Virus record (IMG/VR): IMGVR_UViG_3300046059_000013
Direction: 5' to 3' (one strand)
Source of the DNA: a virus
DNA: 64,000 nt
The translations under genes and the position numbers were made by a program. Shown here in pieces: positions 1 through 8,269 of the stretch; within the stretch, counting starts at the first letter, position 1, and every line of letters begins with the position of its first letter. The notes under the pieces are model-generated. The model saw only the letters and a list, made by a program, of their open reading frames with translations. It ran no database searches and was not told where the DNA came from.

Positions 1-7
1 CAACACC

Positions 8-292
8 TTGGCAAACATCGCGCAAGCGTTCTGCGACATCACCCTTCACAAGGACCACGACCTTCGCCAACTCTGGCTAGACGACCAAGAAGCCTTATGG
101 CGCTACAACATTCGCGACGTGGAAGCTACAGCCGCTATTGACAAGCAACAACTCTACAGCGACCTTGCAAAACGAGCCATGTTCCTCACCTACTCCACCG
201 ACGCACTAAGCGTTACACGAAGCACAAGCCTGTACGATGGCTTATTCCTCAAGTACGCACAGGAGGGCAAGGTAGCATCTCCACCCGAGTAG
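8..292 (+). CDS. polB: Family B DNA polymerase, N-terminal fragment (frame open to window edge; Exo III region)
   Basis: YNIRDVEAT resembles the PolB ExoIII YNxxD motif. The frame ends in TAG just before the motif-A-containing ORF. Confidence 0.7.
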   Translation: MANIAQAFCDITLHKDHDLRQLWLDDQEALWRYNIRDVEATAAIDKQQLYSDLAKRAMFLTYSTDALSVTRSTSLYDGLFLKYAQEGKVASPPE

Positions 293-300
293 CGCTCCCC

Positions 301-2706
301 ATGAAGAAAAGCGGAAACGACTGGCGCTCAAGCGGCGCCTACGTCTTTGAACCCAAAGCAGGCCTGTACGACCGCGTTGCTGGCCTCGACCTGGCCTCCC
401 TCTACCCAACCTGCATTTGTAGTGGCAACATCAGCAAGGAAACGCTCATCCCCGAGCCCAAGATTCCCTCCTACAACAAGGACGAGCTGTTTTTCGTGCC
501 GGACCTTGACTCGGAGGAGGCCCGCCTTGACCCCCCCATCGCTTTCTGGACGGGCGAGGAAGGCATCCTCCCGCGCGTGACGAAAGACGTCTGGGAAATC
601 AAAAAGGAACAAGGACGACGAAAGAAAACAGCCGAGGGGGAAGATAAGCAAAGCGCCGAAATACAGTACGACATGTCAAAGATATTGCTCAACTGTTTTG
701 CTCCTGACACGCACGTTGTGACACCTGATGGCATCGTGAACATCAAGCAGCTCGACGAAGGGGACGAAGTCTTCTCGTTGAACCCAGAGACACTAAAGGT
801 TGAGCGCAAGGACGTTACTGAAACCTTCGAGTATGAGTATGATGAAGAGATGGTTCATATCGAGCAGACCTACCTCGACCATCTTGTCACGCCGAACCAT
901 AAGTTCCTGGCGTCCCGAGCTTGGAAGGGACGCGAGGACCTCCAGTTCTTTGAGGCTTCAGACTTGTGCAACCACAAGGTGCCGAATGCAGAAACAGTCT
1001 ACCAAGGAGAAAGACACCATCTCTACACCCTCGAGCGCCCCCAAGAACGTTCCAACGAAGAAGAAACAGAAGAAGAAGAGGAATACGGTTCCGAGGTTCC
1101 ACGAACCTATGACATGAACAACTGGCTCCAGCTTATGGCATGGTTCATTACTGGAGGGGGTGAAACTATCCAAGAGCCGGAATCTTTCGAGGATAACGAA
1201 CGAGGTCGTGCAAAAACCATCGTTATCTCCCAGCACAAGGAGAAGTATCGGGCAGAGATTAAAGCCCTCCTTGAAGAAATGGGGCTGTCCTATAGTGATA
1301 ACTGTGGTGACTTCAAAATTTCGAACGCTATCCTCTATGACCGTCTTGTAGAGGATTGCGGTCGCACGTCTCACGAGAAGACGTTTCCCCTTTGGGTGCT
1401 TGAACTAAGTGAACCTCAACGCCGCCTTTTCTTCAAAACACTCAGAAAAGGCGATGGAGACAAGAGCGCCCCTCGATATACAACAAGTAGCGAAGAGCTA
1501 CGGGACCGCGTTCTGGCTCTCGGTGTCAGCTTGGGGTTCAAGGCACGATATAACGCTGAAGAGACTTATTACCGAGTCTGGTTTAGTGACCACAAAGGCA
1601 CCATCACTAATGGGAATGACCACATCCAAACCAAGGACAACCCCTTCAACAAAGTCTACTGTGTAGAGGTCGAAGATAATCACACGCTCTATGCAGGAAG
1701 GAATGGAAAGTTTGGCTGGACAGGCAATAGCGCCTACGGAACAAGCAATAGCCCGAAATCCCGCCTAAGCGGCATCGAACTCGGCGAAGCCACCGTCTCC
1801 TTCGGACGCCACATCATCAAACAACTCGCCAAAAAAGCACAAGCCCTCAACTACCCGGTCGTCGCCGGTGACACAGACAGCCTCTACCTCGACCTCGACA
1901 ACGAAACCCCCGAACAAATCCAAACCCTTGCCCAAGAACTCACCAACTTCGCCCAGCACGTCGCCGACGACTGCGGAGCCATCGAAACCAACCGATTCCA
2001 ACTCGAACCCGAAGTCATCGCCGAACCAGCCCTCTTCGTCGTCAAAAAACGCTACGCCTTGATGAAAACCTGGGAAGAAGGAACATGGCTCGACAAGCCA
2101 AAACTCAAACCGAAAGGCTTCTACATGATTCGAACCGACTGCCCCGACTACACCAAGGAAATAATGCGCACCACGCTCCTCAAATTGATGCAACACCGAG
2201 AACCGCCCAGCAACGTGTTCGATGATTACGTGAACGAGCGCTATGTTGACGTTCGAGACGGCAACGTAGAACCCTTCCGCGTTGCCTCCCGAAAGAAAAT
2301 CAAAAGCGACCTGCAAACATACCGCGAAGAAGAAGGAAACGGATGGACATACTGGGTCGCTCACGCCGCTTACGAAAGCAACCGACACTTCGACACCTGC
2401 TGGGGAGCAGGAAGCCGACCGTACCTTCTACGACTTAATGACAAGCCAGAAGAGTATGAAGCGAACTACGTTGCCCTCGAAAAGGGGCAAAAGATTCCCG
2501 AAGCGGTAACGATTGACTGGGAACAGCAAGCTCAGAACACGGTCGTGGAAAAGGTTACCCGCATTTTCCAAGCTCTGGACTGTGATGACCGTCTTGAGGT
2601 TGCCGGTCAACGTTCCCTAAGCGAGTATCCTGCATCCCCCACGGACATGGACACGTCGTCCCTTTCCGAGGAGACAAAACAGAAGAGCGTTGCCGAATTT
2701 CTCTAG
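301..2706 (+). CDS. polB: Family B DNA polymerase, polymerase domain with intein
   Basis: Motif A DLASLYP, motif B KILLN|SAYG split by an intein, motif C GDTDS, KKRY motif. Confidence 0.95.
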   Translation: MKKSGNDWRSSGAYVFEPKAGLYDRVAGLDLASLYPTCICSGNISKETLIPEPKIPSYNKDELFFVPDLDSEEARLDPPIAFWTGEEGILPRVTKDVWEIKKEQGRRKKTAEGEDKQSAEIQYDMSKILLNCFAPDTHVVTPDGIVNIKQLDEGDEVFSLNPETLKVERKDVTETFEYEYDEEMVHIEQTYLDHLVTPNHKFLASRAWKGREDLQFFEASDLCNHKVPNAETVYQGERHHLYTLERPQERSNEEETEEEEEYGSEVPRTYDMNNWLQLMAWFITGGGETIQEPESFEDNERGRAKTIVISQHKEKYRAEIKALLEEMGLSYSDNCGDFKISNAILYDRLVEDCGRTSHEKTFPLWVLELSEPQRRLFFKTLRKGDGDKSAPRYTTSSEELRDRVLALGVSLGFKARYNAEETYYRVWFSDHKGTITNGNDHIQTKDNPFNKVYCVEVEDNHTLYAGRNGKFGWTGNSAYGTSNSPKSRLSGIELGEATVSFGRHIIKQLAKKAQALNYPVVAGDTDSLYLDLDNETPEQIQTLAQELTNFAQHVADDCGAIETNRFQLEPEVIAEPALFVVKKRYALMKTWEEGTWLDKPKLKPKGFYMIRTDCPDYTKEIMRTTLLKLMQHREPPSNVFDDYVNERYVDVRDGNVEPFRVASRKKIKSDLQTYREEEGNGWTYWVAHAAYESNRHFDTCWGAGSRPYLLRLNDKPEEYEANYVALEKGQKIPEAVTIDWEQQAQNTVVEKVTRIFQALDCDDRLEVAGQRSLSEYPASPTDMDTSSLSEETKQKSVAEFL
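694..1728 (+). mobile_element. Intein (345 aa) in PolB motif B with LAGLIDADG-type endonuclease domain
   Basis: Starts CFAPDT after KILLN, ends GKFGWTGN before SAYG. Contains block B (LVTPNH), block E (LRKGDG) and a degenerate block C (WFITGG). Confidence 0.92.
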
Positions 2707-2936
2707 CCCGCGAGATGGGCGTTGCGGGCAAGCTTGTGCACCAGGAACCCGCCCGCCGCGAACAGCGCCTTGACACCCGCGTCCAGGTAGGCGCCGCTTA
2801 CGTCGAGAAATCCGGCGAGGCCGCCGACGAGGACCACGAGCATCCCGCCCAGAATCACCAGAGGCCCGTACTTCTCGGCGATGGTGCTCCCGTTCTTGGG
2901 CTTGCAACCTTTGACCAGGTCGTTGCTTCCAGGCAT
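2703..2936 (-). CDS. Small two-TM membrane protein, holin-like
   Basis: Two hydrophobic stretches; last gene of the late region. Confidence 0.45.
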   Translation of the reverse strand: MPGSNDLVKGCKPKNGSTIAEKYGPLVILGGMLVVLVGGLAGFLDVSGAYLDAGVKALFAAGGFLVHKLARNAHLAG

Positions 2937-2988
2937 ACTAGAGCGCGTGTACGCTCTGCGCGGTCAAGAAGCCCGGGAACACGTCTGG

Positions 2989-3291
2989 TCACATGAAGAG
3001 CACGTAAAGGATTTGCGCGGCCTCAGCAAGCGCCACAAGCAAAATAGCCACCTTCTGGCCTGCCGTCCACGCTGACTGCCTTGCCGCCTCAATCGCCTCT
3101 TCCTCATCCCGCAAGCGCTCCAACTCATGCAAACGCTGTTCAAGGTTGTCGACGCTTTCCTCGATGCTCTCCCGGTACTCGCTGGCCCGCTCGCGGTCAC
3201 GCCGAATCTCCTTGACCAAATCCTTGAGAGCCTGCCGCGTGGCAACCGCTAGGTCGCGCGTGTCCCCGCCGGACGCGCCCTCCTCAACCAT
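2989..3291 (-). CDS. Coiled-coil protein with C-terminal TM anchor (lysis-module-like)
   Basis: Heptad-rich E/R segment then VAILLVALAEAAQILYVLF; start taken at ATG 3291. Confidence 0.6.
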   Translation of the reverse strand: MVEEGASGGDTRDLAVATRQALKDLVKEIRRDRERASEYRESIEESVDNLEQRLHELERLRDEEEAIEAARQSAWTAGQKVAILLVALAEAAQILYVLFM

Positions 3292-3442
3292 CCGCGCGTT
3301 CCTCGTCTCCCTCTTGTTGGAGGCATCGTTCGAGCCGGTCGCAGGCTTCGAGGACGCGGAGTGCGGAGTAGGTGGCGTTGCGCTTGGCTTCGTCAAGCTT
3401 GCCGTTCAAGTGCGGTGGAAGCGAGTCAGCTATGTTGCTCAC
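3284..3442 (-). CDS. Small hypothetical protein (52 aa, MSNIADSLPP...)
   Basis: GTG start overlapping an AGGTGA SD-like motif; fills the gap and overlaps the next gene start. Confidence 0.45.
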   Translation of the reverse strand: MSNIADSLPPHLNGKLDEAKRNATYSALRVLEACDRLERCLQQEGDEERADG

Positions 3443-3463
3443 CTACTGTGAGCATGGAAGCGG

Positions 3464-6262
3464 TCATGGAATGGTCAGTTTGACGATTGGCGGTGGTCCA
3501 GCCGGAATAATGTGATTATTGCTTATATTTTCGTCATTATAAATTGAATCTAATACATTTTGATCTGACCTCATCCTGATGTTTGACTGGGTGGCGCTAT
3601 GGTTGTTAGCTTCGATGGTCACCTTAGCTTTAACCTTGTTGCTGACGTTGTCGCTAACGCTGATTTTTTCTACTCTAGCATACCAGTCGAAGATGTCACC
3701 TGCTGACCAATTCGAGGAGGGCACGATTGTAGTAGTGTTTCCGTCGGAGCCGTCAGAATCGTCCACGTATTCTAAAACAATATTACCACTCGAATCAACA
3801 GTAACACTATTATTACTATTACTGCTTCCCTCTGCAAAATTAATTAGTAAACCGGCTTGGTTTTCCGTCGCTACAGAACCCCTGAAACGCATCTCAACAA
3901 CCGTGTTGTTCGGCACCTCCAGCCGACCACTACTAAGGTTATCATTCAAATTAAACTCCAACGAATTATAAAAGTCAAAAGCTTCAGAACTAGTTCTAAA
4001 GGGGTTCCATATAGAATCTTTGTCGTAGGCTCGATAAGAAACGGACTTACCGCTCGTTTTCTTTGCCTGCTCGTACGGATTCACCACACCATCACTCACT
4101 CCCGGACTCGGGTACGAACCGCTCAAGTCCCCACCCGCAGACTGACCCTCCCCAATAAACTCGCTGTTCAGATTCCGCGAACCAACCGTTTCAACGTGAC
4201 CCCGATTGTCCGTGCTGACCTGGTCAATAACATTCGCCCCGCCTACGTTCTCCGAATCACTACCCGTACTCGCATGAGCAAGACCCGCGCTGTTTTGTGA
4301 AAGGTCCGTGCCAGCCGTGACTTCCAGATTATCGCTGTTCACGCGAATACCATTCGCCGTGTTCACACTAACAGCAACGTTGTTGCCTAGGCTCGTCGAG
4401 CCTCCACCGGCAAGACCGCTTCCCGCCGTCACTCCAAACTGGGCAGCATCAACTGTAATCGTACCGTCTTCAGTCCCAGTACCCCCACTAATGCTGATTC
4501 CACCACTCCCCGAAAGCGTATCAGCATACGCAAGAACCCGATGATTCTGGTTCACGTTCGACACCATCAACCCCACGCTGTCATCCCAAACCAGAGCGCG
4601 GGTCCGATTGGTCGCTTCACGGTTATTGAAGCTGAGCGTGTGAATCGAATGAATGTCGTTCTCGTTCATGTTCAGGTCGCCGCCGATGCTCCTGCTGAAG
4701 TCGAGCGTGAGAGAAGTACCCAGATTGGTGCTTCCGCCGCCCGTTAGGTCTGTGCCAGCGTTAACCTGGAACTCTTTCGCCTTGAGTCCAGTTGAAACCT
4801 GTATTAGGCCTGTCCCGGCTAGAACTTCCAGCCGGTCGTTCCCATCCACTCGAATGCCGTTGTCGATGTTGACTTGGAAATTATTGCCCCCATCCTCGGA
4901 AAGAGCCCTCCCAGCAATACTTTGCGGGTTCACATCGAGTGTGCGACTCGACGTAAGGTCCCCCCCGCCCGTGAGTCCATTCCCACCCGTGATGCTCACG
5001 CTCGAATGGTCAACGTGCTCGCTACTGGAAACATTCGACAAGTCCCCATGGTCAACACTCGTAGAACCACCAAGACTCACCCCGTTCCCCGCCACGGTCA
5101 CACTCTCGTTCTGGAGCCTGCCCTGCGGAATGTAACCAGCGCTACTATTCCAAATAACGGTCCCGTTGTCCCCAATATCGCCGCGCACGTCGACCGGGTG
5201 ACTCGGCGGCAACGTCGTACCGCCCACGATGATGCTAGCGCCGAACGCTTGGTCGGAACTCCATTTTAGGCTATCGCTCTCATCTACACCAATCGTGCGG
5301 TCCGAGGTGAGGTTCCCGATGCTGTTGATGCCCGTGCCACCGGAAAGACTGCGACCCGCATGAACGGCATCACCCGTGCTTGTAGCCTGCTGGAGATTTG
5401 TGACCTTGTTCGAGTTCGCGTCCAAGTCTGTGACCAGTTGCCCGCTGAACGTCACATCCCCCGGAAGCGTAACCTCCCCACTCGACCCACGCCCCACAAC
5501 ACCATTGTTAGCGTCGCGGTCGCGGTCCCGCAACAGTTCAATAGGGTCCGTGCCATCCGGGTCAACCTTCAACGCCTTCCCGTCAACCCAAATCCCGCCC
5601 GCTCGACCGGACTCGTCCCCGGTGCTGATGCGGCGAGCAATCGGGTCCGACAGGTCTTCAACGTGCACCGTGCTCCCGCTTTCATTCGTGACCTGGAGCT
5701 CGGCGCTCGAATCGTTATCGTTGTCACGAAGCCAGAACCGGAACGTGTCGCCCGTGTTTTCGTCGTTGAGTTGAACGTAGGGCTCGCTCCGTGAGAGGAG
5801 CACCGTGTCACCTTCGAACTTGGCGTTCCCGGTGTCCGTAGCTGTGAACGAGCTGGCTTCAACGTTGACCTTGATTTGAACCGTTTCGTCCCGCAGGTCC
5901 GTCACGTTGTTGACGCTGTTGCTCCCCGCGTCCAGCTCGTACAGCTTGATGGAATCGCTGTTTGTGGGGGCGCCGCTGGTTTCGAGTTCGATGTCGCCGT
6001 CGGGCTCGAGCCACACGTGCGTGGTCGAGTTCGAGGAAACGGTTTGCGTGAACGTGGTGTCCGAGGGGTCGCCGACGAGTCTGCCGTCGACGATGGCTTT
6101 CCCGTCTCGGATGTTGATGTCCAGGCCGTTGTAGGTGAGTTTGTATCCTTCGATGTGCCTGTTCTTGATGCTGAGGAGGCCTTCGAGGTGCTCTGCGAGT
6201 TCTTGGGCGGTAATCTCGGTGCCCGCGGTTGGGTGGGACGAAAACGCACTATACACCGCCAT
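3464..6262 (-). CDS. Long tail fibre / receptor-binding protein
   Basis: Gly/Ser/Thr-rich with repeated (A/G)GxGL(T/A)GGG and NGIRV..LEV.AGT units; follows the baseplate genes. Start taken at MAVYSAF. Confidence 0.8.
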   Translation of the reverse strand: MAVYSAFSSHPTAGTEITAQELAEHLEGLLSIKNRHIEGYKLTYNGLDINIRDGKAIVDGRLVGDPSDTTFTQTVSSNSTTHVWLEPDGDIELETSGAPTNSDSIKLYELDAGSNSVNNVTDLRDETVQIKVNVEASSFTATDTGNAKFEGDTVLLSRSEPYVQLNDENTGDTFRFWLRDNDNDSSAELQVTNESGSTVHVEDLSDPIARRISTGDESGRAGGIWVDGKALKVDPDGTDPIELLRDRDRDANNGVVGRGSSGEVTLPGDVTFSGQLVTDLDANSNKVTNLQQATSTGDAVHAGRSLSGGTGINSIGNLTSDRTIGVDESDSLKWSSDQAFGASIIVGGTTLPPSHPVDVRGDIGDNGTVIWNSSAGYIPQGRLQNESVTVAGNGVSLGGSTSVDHGDLSNVSSSEHVDHSSVSITGGNGLTGGGDLTSSRTLDVNPQSIAGRALSEDGGNNFQVNIDNGIRVDGNDRLEVLAGTGLIQVSTGLKAKEFQVNAGTDLTGGGSTNLGTSLTLDFSRSIGGDLNMNENDIHSIHTLSFNNREATNRTRALVWDDSVGLMVSNVNQNHRVLAYADTLSGSGGISISGGTGTEDGTITVDAAQFGVTAGSGLAGGGSTSLGNNVAVSVNTANGIRVNSDNLEVTAGTDLSQNSAGLAHASTGSDSENVGGANVIDQVSTDNRGHVETVGSRNLNSEFIGEGQSAGGDLSGSYPSPGVSDGVVNPYEQAKKTSGKSVSYRAYDKDSIWNPFRTSSEAFDFYNSLEFNLNDNLSSGRLEVPNNTVVEMRFRGSVATENQAGLLINFAEGSSNSNNSVTVDSSGNIVLEYVDDSDGSDGNTTTIVPSSNWSAGDIFDWYARVEKISVSDNVSNKVKAKVTIEANNHSATQSNIRMRSDQNVLDSIYNDENISNNHIIPAGPPPIVKLTIP

Positions 6263-6386
6263 GTTTATCGCTCGAGGGACTCCCGCTCTTTGGGTGGGCG
6301 GGAATTGAGCGTAGTTCGGGTCGCAGTCTACATAAGGGTGTTGTTTGCATATTGCCTGTTCCACCGAGAGGGCATCGGGACTTTAG

Positions 6387-6597
6387 CCTAGGGGAGTAAA
6401 TTCGGGAAACGTTGATATGGTGGAGGGTGCTTTGTTCGCTGAGCGGGATGCCCCCGGGCCGGGGGTCTCTGTAAAGAAGTTCCCGGTTTCCAACACCCTC
6501 CCGCAGGGTGGAACCCGACACCAGGCCGCAAGGCCGGTCGGAGAAAGCCCCACCCCCGAACATGGGGAGAAGGTCACCACACAGGGCTTATGAAGGA
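6387..6597 (+). ncRNA. Candidate stand-alone TnpB omegaRNA / non-autonomous IS605 derivative
   Basis: 6545-6577 AAGCCCCACCC..TGGGGAGAAGGTCAC matches the right end at 53357-53390. Hairpin-rich non-coding gap with an upstream GAAACGTTGATA promoter-like motif. The left boundary is a guess. Confidence 0.55.
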
Positions 6598-6615
6598 CCG
6601 GAAGCGCTGTGGGTT

Positions 6616-8133
6616 TTAGCTGCCGAACACGTCGCCGCTATCGTACTCAGCAACATCCTCATCCCACTCAACCTTGCAATCGTCAAAGTAAAGCGTGAGC
6701 CCGTCCGAGCCCGGGACCCCGTTTTGCGTGGCCTCAAACTCGTACACATGGTCCTCCTCCAACTCCTCCGTAAAGCCGAGCGTTTCCCAACTGGTCGCGG
6801 AGCTCGTGCCTGAAGCCTCGTTAACGAGCGTCGAATCTGTCACGTCCCGCAACCCCAAGCGAGCTTGCTCACCGCCTGAGCCGCCTGTGCGAGCCCGCAA
6901 GCTCACGCTCCACTCCGTAGTGCTGGACGGGTTAAACAACTGCTTCAAACCCTGGTCCCCCGTAGTGGTGCCGCTCGTCACCACTTTGGCACTAATGTCC
7001 CCATGGTCCACGATGGACGTCTCACTCGAAAACGACGCCCCCGCCCCCGTGTTCGCATCCCACTCCGGCGGCTCACCATCGCTGGGATAATCTTCGTAAC
7101 TGGCATTATCAAGCAGGTTCCCAGACCCGTACTCCGCCGTCGAAATCAGCGTGACAATCCCCTTCACACCGCCCGCCGTAACCCGGTTCAACAGCTTCTC
7201 GATGCTGCTAAGCTCATCATCGAACGGTGACGCAAACCCGAGGCCCTCAAGCAACGGTTGCGGAATGCTGAACTCGATGCGCCGCTGACGATACGCACCA
7301 TCGTTCGGGTCCTTGTTCAACGTGACCGCAATATCCCCCTCGCTCCCGCCAAGCGCACTCTCGACGAAGCCTTGAAGCTCCGTGACCGTGACACCGCCAA
7401 TTTGCTTCGCAATCTCAAGTTTAAGGTCCACGAGCAAGCTCTCGTCACTTTGCCCCGGGTCCCGGAACACGTTCCAGAACTTGGCGGTCTTCGTGAGCGC
7501 GGGCCCGGTTTGATCCACGACAGCCTGGTATTCTCGGAGCTCGTCCCGCGAGCGCTCCCACTCGGCGAAGAACCCTTGCCGGAGCACGCGCATCAGTTTC
7601 TCCCAGTTGGAGCCGCCCACGTACAAGTCCTCCATGTCGAGGAGGTTCAAGTGCGCTATCCAGTCTTCCTTGCCGCGGGTGTTGTAGAAAATGGTGGTGT
7701 TGGCTTGGTCTGTCGTGTTCAGCGCGTTCCCGGTGAGGTCCCAGGCCTCGTCGCTGGCGATGAACCAGTCCGTGTCAATCTCGTGAAGGTGATACGGGTG
7801 GTCATCCACGTCCACATCGTTGTGGTCCTTGCTGAACTCGAGGTTGCTGTCCGCGTCCACGAAGCGCACGATGCCCGAGGCGAAGAGTTGCAGCTTGGAA
7901 TCGTTGCCAAGGTCAAACTCCAACAGGTCCGTGCGAGCGGTCGTGACCGTCCAGTCAGTAAAATCGTCAACAAGCAGGGTCTTCGTTTCAGCGGGCGGTC
8001 CGCGCGTGATGATGATTTCGCTGTTCCCTGGGTCTAGCGTGTAGTCGGTGCCGGCCCATGCTCCAACGTGGATTTGGAGTTTGTTGGTGCCGGTGTCGCC
8101 TTCGTTAAAGCGGCGGGCCTCGTATTGAGCCAT
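6616..8133 (-). CDS. Baseplate wedge-like protein with C-terminal carbohydrate-binding-like domain
   Basis: Directly after baseplate J. RVTAGGV resembles P2 gpI-type wedge proteins; NASYE...W beta-rich tail. Confidence 0.55.
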   Translation of the reverse strand: MAQYEARRFNEGDTGTNKLQIHVGAWAGTDYTLDPGNSEIIITRGPPAETKTLLVDDFTDWTVTTARTDLLEFDLGNDSKLQLFASGIVRFVDADSNLEFSKDHNDVDVDDHPYHLHEIDTDWFIASDEAWDLTGNALNTTDQANTTIFYNTRGKEDWIAHLNLLDMEDLYVGGSNWEKLMRVLRQGFFAEWERSRDELREYQAVVDQTGPALTKTAKFWNVFRDPGQSDESLLVDLKLEIAKQIGGVTVTELQGFVESALGGSEGDIAVTLNKDPNDGAYRQRRIEFSIPQPLLEGLGFASPFDDELSSIEKLLNRVTAGGVKGIVTLISTAEYGSGNLLDNASYEDYPSDGEPPEWDANTGAGASFSSETSIVDHGDISAKVVTSGTTTGDQGLKQLFNPSSTTEWSVSLRARTGGSGGEQARLGLRDVTDSTLVNEASGTSSATSWETLGFTEELEEDHVYEFEATQNGVPGSDGLTLYFDDCKVEWDEDVAEYDSGDVFGS

Positions 8134-8141
8134 GTTAAGGG

Positions 8142-8264
8142 TTAGCTCTTGTCTTCGTACGCGAACAGTTTGCGACCCGGCGGCAGGATGAGGGGCTCCC
8201 GCGTTTCCGTGACGTACGCGCTCGTGCCAAGCCGCTCCAAGAGGCTTTCCGTATCAAAGGCCAT
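8142..8264 (-). CDS. Small hypothetical protein (40 aa)
   Basis: ATG-started ORF filling the gap between two baseplate genes. Confidence 0.4.
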   Translation of the reverse strand: MAFDTESLLERLGTSAYVTETREPLILPPGRKLFAYEDKS

Positions 8265-8269
8265 GAAGG

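Noticed and set aside
266-300. Bulge-helix-bulge archaeal intron explaining the polB insert
   Set aside because: I tested all six registers allowed by the GTAGC repeat; none gives the 4-bp central helix.
3436-3466. Hairpin plus GGAAGCGGTCA as another orphan RE
   Set aside because: It overlaps the SD/start of a small minus-strand ORF and lacks the CCCC/GGGG stem.
3464-6262. DGR or invertible tail-fibre system
   Set aside because: No reverse transcriptase, template repeat, recombinase or inverted fibre copy seen.
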